DNA from: Obrimoposthia wandeli
Taxonomy: Eukaryota
Assembly: GCA_977020255.1 (NCBI GenBank)
Contig: CDROCS010006248.1
Span: 1 to 64,000 of the forward strand
Length of the DNA stretch: 64,000 nucleotides
Direction: 5' to 3'
The position numbers and the translations under genes were made by a program. How positions within the stretch are numbered: the stretch's first letter is position 1; every line of letters starts with the position of its first letter. Positions 58,086 through 64,000 of the stretch are shown here, piece after piece. The notes beneath the pieces are model-generated. The model was given only the letters and a program-made list of their open reading frames with translations, had not been told where the DNA came from and searched no databases.

Positions 58086-59867
58086 TTAAGCGCTTAAATG
58101 GTTTCTATCAAGGTTTGATATGATCTGTTCGATATGTAAAAGTGCGGCGTGTAGATCTAAACACACATAGGCGCCAGCCAATGTTAATTGTTCACAAACA
58201 TCTTCTGGCAAACTATTGATTGAATCTTGGCTGATTTGATTTAATCGACCACCAATTAGCACCGGCATATCTCGGTATAGCTTTTTCAACTCATCATCAA
58301 GTGCATTGTAATAGTTTAAAGCAACGCCGTTATAGGTACTTAGTGCAATAAAATCTACGTTTTGATCGGTAGCTGCTGTTGCAAGTATTTGTGCATCGAC
58401 TGAAATACCACCGTCTATAATTTCAATACCCAGTTGATCGAAACACAATGAAACAAGCACTTTACCGTGCTCGTGCACATCTGATGTGGCGGTCATACAG
58501 CGTAATTTACTCTTTGCAATGCGCTGAGCATAACCATCAGGTAAGTTGCTAATAAAAGCGTGCGCTAGCGCTTCTAATTCGACATAAGTAGTAGCGGTAA
58601 CTATTGGCTTGCGACCGTTAGGGCTCTTTTTGTCTAATAAGCCTGGGCCATAAAGCTGCTCTAAACGACGCGCTCCTATGCGTCTTAGAGCAAGTAACAT
58701 TTCAGCGGGGTCAGTGATGTTAAAACCACCTGCTTGTAATGCGAGTAATACATTGTTTTTAAAACGCTCAGCACCTTCAAACATTTTTTGCGCTATAGGC
58801 TCAATATTATCTAGAGATATAAGCTGAGTGTAACCACTACCTTGTTCAACTAAAGTAGCAGCAAACGTTTGCGCTTGAATAATCTCTTCTATATCAGGTA
58901 TGCGGATATTTTCAGTGACAGGCACTGGGTTGATCGCATGGCCTGTAGGCATTATTTTTTGACCAATAATGTCGGTGAGTAAATAGCTGCCTAAACTGGC
59001 AAAATTAGCGGCAGCATCCCCTTTATAATTCACCGTGGCGCCGAAAATCATGGTGCCGCTACTGGGATTGGTTTTTTGAAGTGCTCTTTGAAAAGCCAAG
59101 CGTGCGAAAGGCTCGCTAAAGTGGTGTCCATAACAATGAGCCATGGTGCCGCCGATTAAATCTTCAACAATGTACTTTTCAATCATGATGGCGCCTAAAC
59201 AGCACGCTAAGTCAGAAAACTGCGCGCCGAAGCCATCATCTATATTGGAATGAATGAGAACTTTTTCAGGCTGTGCGGCAATTAAACCTAATGCCTTTAC
59301 TGTGGCCTCTGTTGTCGCAATATCATCATCCCAACCAGGCAGTCTAAAAGTAAAGTATTGACCTAAGTTACCTAGCGCTGTGGCACCTGCACTTAAAGCG
59401 CCTTGAGTGTTTTCTAAAGAGCCTGGAAAGCCTAGCATGAAGTCACCAAAGTGAGGTGCTACTGGGCTATTTTGGGTGAGTTCACAAAACTGTTCTACGT
59501 CTTTAAGCATGATGCCCGTGCCACTAGCCCCCATCTTTTGACGAATAGCTAGCGGGTACCCCATTGACCAATCTAAGCAGAGACCAAAGCGATCTATACG
59601 AACGCCTTTTTTTATGCAGCGCTCGTAAATGTCGGCGCAGGCATTAATGGTTTTTTGTGGATCACGAAAGCCAATGTGCGCATGCTGCATCACTCGGCCT
59701 TTCTTGACCTGTAATCGCTTGTATTCATCTTCACTAGAGACATTGTATTCATCAAAAAAAGCACAGCGACCAATCGGCCAAGCTACTTGTAAAGCAGCGC
59801 CTTCTGCTAGTAGCTCTTTGCCGTTGCGTAATTCGCCGTCTTTGATAATGCTGTTTTTTTCGATCAT
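58086..59867 (-). CDS. Single-chain cobalamin-dependent mutase-like protein (catalytic barrel plus B12-binding domain)
   Basis: C-terminal base-off/His-on motifs SDVHEHG (DxHxxG), IALSTYNG and LIGG. Barrel segment PVTENIRIPDIEEI resembles glutamate/2-methyleneglutarate mutase-type enzymes. 593 aa. Confidence 0.75.
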   Translation of the reverse strand: MIEKNSIIKDGELRNGKELLAEGAALQVAWPIGRCAFFDEYNVSSEDEYKRLQVKKGRVMQHAHIGFRDPQKTINACADIYERCIKKGVRIDRFGLCLDWSMGYPLAIRQKMGASGTGIMLKDVEQFCELTQNSPVAPHFGDFMLGFPGSLENTQGALSAGATALGNLGQYFTFRLPGWDDDIATTEATVKALGLIAAQPEKVLIHSNIDDGFGAQFSDLACCLGAIMIEKYIVEDLIGGTMAHCYGHHFSEPFARLAFQRALQKTNPSSGTMIFGATVNYKGDAAANFASLGSYLLTDIIGQKIMPTGHAINPVPVTENIRIPDIEEIIQAQTFAATLVEQGSGYTQLISLDNIEPIAQKMFEGAERFKNNVLLALQAGGFNITDPAEMLLALRRIGARRLEQLYGPGLLDKKSPNGRKPIVTATTYVELEALAHAFISNLPDGYAQRIAKSKLRCMTATSDVHEHGKVLVSLCFDQLGIEIIDGGISVDAQILATAATDQNVDFIALSTYNGVALNYYNALDDELKKLYRDMPVLIGGRLNQISQDSINSLPEDVCEQLTLAGAYVCLDLHAALLHIEQIISNLDRNHLSA

Positions 59868-60062
59868 TACAATGGCCTTTTTTAACGTTGACTAATGACT
59901 GGTTTAAGTAATTCGTCAATGGATTTGGCTGTTGATAGTTTTTGTATAAGCTTTCGTAAATAACTCAATGATGAGCTATTTGTGGAGATCTAATACTTAT
60001 TACTTGGAGGATATATCAGATTAAGTGATGATTATAAATTAAGAAACGCAAACGGAGAACGG

Positions 60063-60890
60063 CTAAACAGCGCTTGATATGGAATGCTTAAAGCGTAAAT
60101 ATTTTTCAACATTAGCGCGTAGGTTTTCTTCGGTGATGGTACCAATAACGGCGCTGTTAACCGCAGGTTGTGAGAAAATTAGTTTTAAGCTTTCATAAAT
60201 AGCATCGGTTTTAAGAGCTGCATCTGAGCTGTTTTTTGGTAAGTGACCTGATGCAAAGGCTTTTTTTATAAAAATACCTTTAGCGTGTTGTTGAGCGTAA
60301 TCAATAACAGGCATTTCTAACTGAGTACTTAAGTTAAGGGTCACCATGGCGCAGTCGGCTTGCTTAAGAGTAGCAATACCACCTTCAATTGTTTTAGTCG
60401 ACATGCCTGTTGCGCGTATTTTCCCCTGCTGCTTTAGCGTGTTTAATGTATGCAGCGCACAGTCTTGCTCAATGATTTTTAAGTCGTCACCGTTAGAATG
60501 AATCATCACGATATCTAAATAGTCTGTTTTAAGTGTGCGCAAGCTGCGCTCTACACTTTGCGTAATCGCGCTAGGGCTGAAATCATAAGAAGATAAACCG
60601 CTTTGACTATTAAACTCTTCACCTGCTTTGGTGCTGATGATCCAGTTTTGACGCTCATTAGTTGACAGTAATTCGCCAAGACGCTGCTCGCTATTGCCAT
60701 AAGCAGGCGCTGTATCTAATAAGTTAATGCCCATCTCTTGGCAAATACTCAGTAGCTGCAATACCTGTTGATCATCGGGAATGGTAAAGCTATTAGGGTA
60801 CTTTACGCCTTGATCACGCCCTATTTTGACTGTTCCAAAGCCAATTGCGCTGACGTTTACGCCGGTATCTGCAACTTCACTATAGTGCAT
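60063..60890 (-). CDS. Aldo/keto reductase
   Basis: SAIGFGT, LDTAPAYGNSE, ISTKAG, SLRTLKTDYLD, GTI and NLRAN. Confidence 0.92.
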   Translation of the reverse strand: MHYSEVADTGVNVSAIGFGTVKIGRDQGVKYPNSFTIPDDQQVLQLLSICQEMGINLLDTAPAYGNSEQRLGELLSTNERQNWIISTKAGEEFNSQSGLSSYDFSPSAITQSVERSLRTLKTDYLDIVMIHSNGDDLKIIEQDCALHTLNTLKQQGKIRATGMSTKTIEGGIATLKQADCAMVTLNLSTQLEMPVIDYAQQHAKGIFIKKAFASGHLPKNSSDAALKTDAIYESLKLIFSQPAVNSAVIGTITEENLRANVEKYLRFKHSISSAV

Positions 60891-60891
60891 G

Positions 60892-62076
60892 TTATGTCTG
60901 CCAAGCATGGGTGGCGATTGAAGGGCGCGCTAAGTGCTCTAGCTGTTCATCATCAATTGAGTACTGAGGTATGATATTTTGCTCTTTTAGTAATTGCTGA
61001 ACCTTGTCACTTAAGTCGGGGGCAAGTGCCAGCTTAGTCGGCCAGGCAACGAAATAGTTTTGATCACTTTGTACAAAGGCGCAATCAGGGCGGCTTAAGC
61101 TACTCTGTTTAGGTTCGGCGCGATTAATGCGTAAGGTATCCCAATGTGCTTCTTGTAAATCTACCCAAGGCAGCAATTTGGCAATAAGCTGCTTGGCGTG
61201 CTCAATTTGTTGCTCTTTATCGCGTTCAACACCTGTTTCTGCTAAGTCGCCACCTAAATACCAGGTAAAACTAGCGTCACTATTTTCATGGTGCGTGATG
61301 GTCACCAGAGGCTTGCTGCTAGCACCAATACAATGTGCGTAAATGGGTAAATTAGTTTGGTGAGTAATCGTCACCATATGTAATGGGCGCAGTTGCATTT
61401 TTGGCTGACTGATATTTAGTTGATTCAAAATAGCGCCATTGCCTTCGCCCGCTGTAAAAATAAAGCGCTGTGCAGTAATTTTTAAGGCGTGTTCATGGCA
61501 AGTTATTGAACTAATGTTTTGTTGGGCGTCTTGTTGCCATTCACATTGGTTAGTGTCTATTTTTAAAATGCGTTGCGGAATATTTTTAGCTAAGGTTTGT
61601 AGCACAGAGGGTACATCTAACACTATTTCATTGAGCTTATACAAATTACCCTTAAACTCAGGATGGTTAAATATAGCGGGGTAGTTTGCAGGTGCGACGC
61701 TATCAACGCGTCCACTCATCGCTTTTTTAGCGAAAAAAGAGGTGATTTTAGCGCCTAGCGATTGTTGAGACCATAAATAATGAGCATCACTGTATTGCTT
61801 TACGCCTTGTAAATTAATATCACCAGTGCCAGCGATGCATTGTTTCCAGCGCTCTGGCATTTCTTTAATCGCATCACTCGCTTGAGATAAAACACCATTG
61901 AGCGCATATTTCATGCCCCCGTGAATAATCCCTTGAGAGCGCACTGTTTGGCCACCGCCAATAGTATCTGCCTCAAGTAAGAGCACGCTATAACCTTGTT
62001 TGGTTAAACTATTAAGCATCCACAGTCCAGCGACACCGGCTCCGATAATGACAATATCTGTATTTAGTTCTTTCAT
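60892..62076 (-). CDS. FAD-dependent oxidoreductase (DAO superfamily)
   Basis: IIGAGVAGLW, SQGIIHGGMKY, RINRAEP and WPTKLALAP. Confidence 0.85.
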   Translation of the reverse strand: MKELNTDIVIIGAGVAGLWMLNSLTKQGYSVLLLEADTIGGGQTVRSQGIIHGGMKYALNGVLSQASDAIKEMPERWKQCIAGTGDINLQGVKQYSDAHYLWSQQSLGAKITSFFAKKAMSGRVDSVAPANYPAIFNHPEFKGNLYKLNEIVLDVPSVLQTLAKNIPQRILKIDTNQCEWQQDAQQNISSITCHEHALKITAQRFIFTAGEGNGAILNQLNISQPKMQLRPLHMVTITHQTNLPIYAHCIGASSKPLVTITHHENSDASFTWYLGGDLAETGVERDKEQQIEHAKQLIAKLLPWVDLQEAHWDTLRINRAEPKQSSLSRPDCAFVQSDQNYFVAWPTKLALAPDLSDKVQQLLKEQNIIPQYSIDDEQLEHLARPSIATHAWQT

Positions 62077-62125
62077 AGGTATGCTGATCTGTGTTTTGAG
62101 TGAATGATAAGCTTAGTACCCTATT

Positions 62126-62671
62126 TTAAGAATTGGTTTCATTGATAATAAATTGGCTAAAATGCGCGAGATCATCAAAGATTAATGTATCGTTTGAAAT
62201 TATGCCTTTATCAATGCTACGTTGACCTTTGCCCGTTTTTACAAAAGCAACTTGCATATTTATCTGCTGAGCAGCTTGAATATCTCGCAAGCTATCACCT
62301 ACAAACCAAATCTCGCTATCATCGCCGCGGTGGCCTTGTAAAATATCTAGCAGCATACCCGGTAACGGTTTACGACACTCACAGCCATCATCAGGTGTAT
62401 GTGGGCAGTATGCAATTTGCGAAATATTGCCACCTGCATGAGCAACCAAATCATGCATTTTTTGATGCATAGCATGTAAGGTCGTTAGCGAATAGTAATG
62501 ACGGCCAATACCGGATTGATTAGTGGCAACCGCAATACGGTAGCCAGCTTTGCTTAAATCAGCGATTGCTTGAATGCTACCGGGTAATGCTATCCACTGA
62601 TCAACTGTACGAATATAATCATCTGAATCATAATTGATGACGCCATCTCTATCTAAAATAATGAGCTTCAT
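62126..62671 (-). CDS. gmhB: D,D-heptose 1,7-bisphosphate phosphatase
   Basis: LDRDGVIN, TNQSGIG, CPH...C.CRKP.PGM and GDSLRD. Confidence 0.95.
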   Translation of the reverse strand: MKLIILDRDGVINYDSDDYIRTVDQWIALPGSIQAIADLSKAGYRIAVATNQSGIGRHYYSLTTLHAMHQKMHDLVAHAGGNISQIAYCPHTPDDGCECRKPLPGMLLDILQGHRGDDSEIWFVGDSLRDIQAAQQINMQVAFVKTGKGQRSIDKGIISNDTLIFDDLAHFSQFIINETNS

Positions 62672-62677
62672 AAACGA

Positions 62678-63277
62678 TTAACGCTGCGCTTTTTCAAGTG
62701 CACGACGATCAGCATCTTCGCACAACCAATGGCCGACAAAAATATGCGCTTCCTGTACTCTCGCGGTTTCAGTCGCAGGCACCGTTAGTGTGTGATCGGC
62801 AATGTCTTTAAGTAAACCACCGTCTTCTCCGGTCCAAGCCCAAGTGGTAACGCCTAAGCCTTTAGCCACTTCTATCGCATGAATAATGTTTTTGCTGTTA
62901 CCAGAGGTTGAAATGCCGATAATAATATCTTCAGCTCTCGCAAGTGCTGCCACTTGGCGGCTAAAGACAGTATCGAAAGAGAAGTCATTGGCATGTGCGG
63001 TTATCAATGAAGTGTCAGTGGTTAATGCGATGGCTGCTAAAGGTGAGCGTTCTGCTTTATAGCGTACAACAAACTCAGTCGCTAAGTGTTGGCAATCAGC
63101 TGCACTGCCGCCATTACCCATGAATAATAGTTTGCCGCCGTTGTCGAAGCACTTATTTACTTGTTCAGATAGTGTTATAAGAGCTGGTTCACATTGTGCC
63201 ATTTTTGAAAATAACTGCTGGTGGCGTTGCAATGCATTTTGGTATGAAGACTGTGCTGCAGGCATAATGATATTCAC
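62678..63277 (-). CDS. gmhA: Phosphoheptose isomerase (SIS domain)
   Basis: GNGGSAADCQH, ANDFSF, ISTSGNS and RVQEAHI. Confidence 0.9.
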   Translation of the reverse strand: MNIIMPAAQSSYQNALQRHQQLFSKMAQCEPALITLSEQVNKCFDNGGKLLFMGNGGSAADCQHLATEFVVRYKAERSPLAAIALTTDTSLITAHANDFSFDTVFSRQVAALARAEDIIIGISTSGNSKNIIHAIEVAKGLGVTTWAWTGEDGGLLKDIADHTLTVPATETARVQEAHIFVGHWLCEDADRRALEKAQR

Positions 63278-63472
63278 TCAGTAAATTTTATGAAATTCTA
63301 ACTGATAAGGCGTGCGTGATAAACTACAATAGCGGACTAGGTTAATATTTATGTGGCGAAACTCTCTTTTATCTAATATCTACCGCCTAAGAAGAGATAG
63401 GTAAAAGCTAAGAGCTGCGAGCTAATGAAGCGTTAATTTTACCCAGCCATTATTTTTTATTTGTGAGCAGCA

Positions 63473-64000
63473 ATGTTAAGAGCAATATACAGCATCATTT
63501 TTTATTTAATCACACCACTATTATTACTAAAGCTGTGGCGACGAGGTGCGCAAGCTCCTGCTTATCGCGAGCGTATTGCTGAGCGTTTTGGTTTTGCGCC
63601 CATTACGTTACAAATACTGCAAAAGAATCAGCAATCAGCTGCGCTTGATATGATGTTTGCCAAACCGTTATGGGTACATGCTGTGTCAGTTGGAGAGGTA
63701 GTTGCAATTGCTCCGGCTTTAACAAAACTGCTGCAACAGCATCCACAATTGGCTATTTTAATGACAACATCAACGCCGACAGGGGCAGATAGAGTTACTA
63801 AATTATTTTCGCAACACCCTCAAGTATGGCACCAGTATTGCCCATACGATCAACCGCTCGCAGTGGCTCGGTTTTTAAAGCACCACCAACCATTAGGTTT
63901 GCTTATTGTCGAAACGGAGCTGTGGCCTAATATGCTCGCTCAGTGTAAAAAACTACAAGTGCCAATTGTGTTGGCAAATGCGCGTTTATCTGAAAAATCA
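63473..64000 (+). CDS. waaA: Kdo transferase, 3'-truncated by window edge
   Basis: Not in the ORF track (no stop). Reads MLRAIYS...RERIAERFG...WVHAVSVGE...TTSTPTG...CPYD...ETELWPN...NARLSEKS. Confidence 0.93.
   Translation, partial: MLRAIYSIIFYLITPLLLLKLWRRGAQAPAYRERIAERFGFAPITLQILQKNQQSAALDMMFAKPLWVHAVSVGEVVAIAPALTKLLQQHPQLAILMTTSTPTGADRVTKLFSQHPQVWHQYCPYDQPLAVARFLKHHQPLGLLIVETELWPNMLAQCKKLQVPIVLANARLSEKS

Noticed and set aside
59868-60062. Cobalamin riboswitch upstream of the B12 mutase
   Set aside because: No GGGAA or B12-box-like conserved segments on the minus strand; the region is AT-rich and poorly structured.
1-64000. tRNA, rRNA, transposase, integrase, prophage or defence genes
   Set aside because: No such motifs or ORFs were recognised; nearly all long ORFs are accounted for by metabolic, signalling or envelope functions.

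Overview
AT-rich gammaproteobacterial chromosome segment. Gene order (rsmD-ftsY-ftsEX-rpoH; glnE-waaF-waaC; msbA-hldE) is Pseudomonadales/Oceanospirillales-like, but no taxon is confirmed. From left to right: (1) an accessory amino-acid/C1 catabolic region: tctBAC with a frame-broken tctC, LysR, RidA, D-amino-acid dehydrogenase, Cys-dependent racemase, plant-type D-amino-acid transaminase, purU and a GcvT-family demethylating dehydrogenase; (2) an EAL-HDOD gene and LysE; (3) a CrbS/CrbR-type acetate module (sensor, regulator, ActP-like symporter, DUF4212, DUF294 nucleotidyltransferase, DEDDh exonuclease); (4) core genes rsmD, ftsY (carrying about 69 tandem EAEKL repeats), ftsEX, rpoH, trmB, a DHH phosphoesterase, ilvD and phoPQ; (5) an orphan CheY-like regulator paired with an MshEN-like x4/CheX fusion; (6) argA, pit, CYTH, glnE and ilvE; (7) an LPS core/lipid A locus (waaF, waaC, waaL, lpxL, msbA, hldE, gmhAB, partial waaA). 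The LPS locus also holds two YrbL kinase-like genes, an orphan single-chain B12-dependent mutase, and an FAD-oxidoreductase/aldo-keto reductase pair. No tRNA, rRNA, CRISPR, integrase or transposase was seen. All family assignments come from motif recognition by eye; no database search was run.
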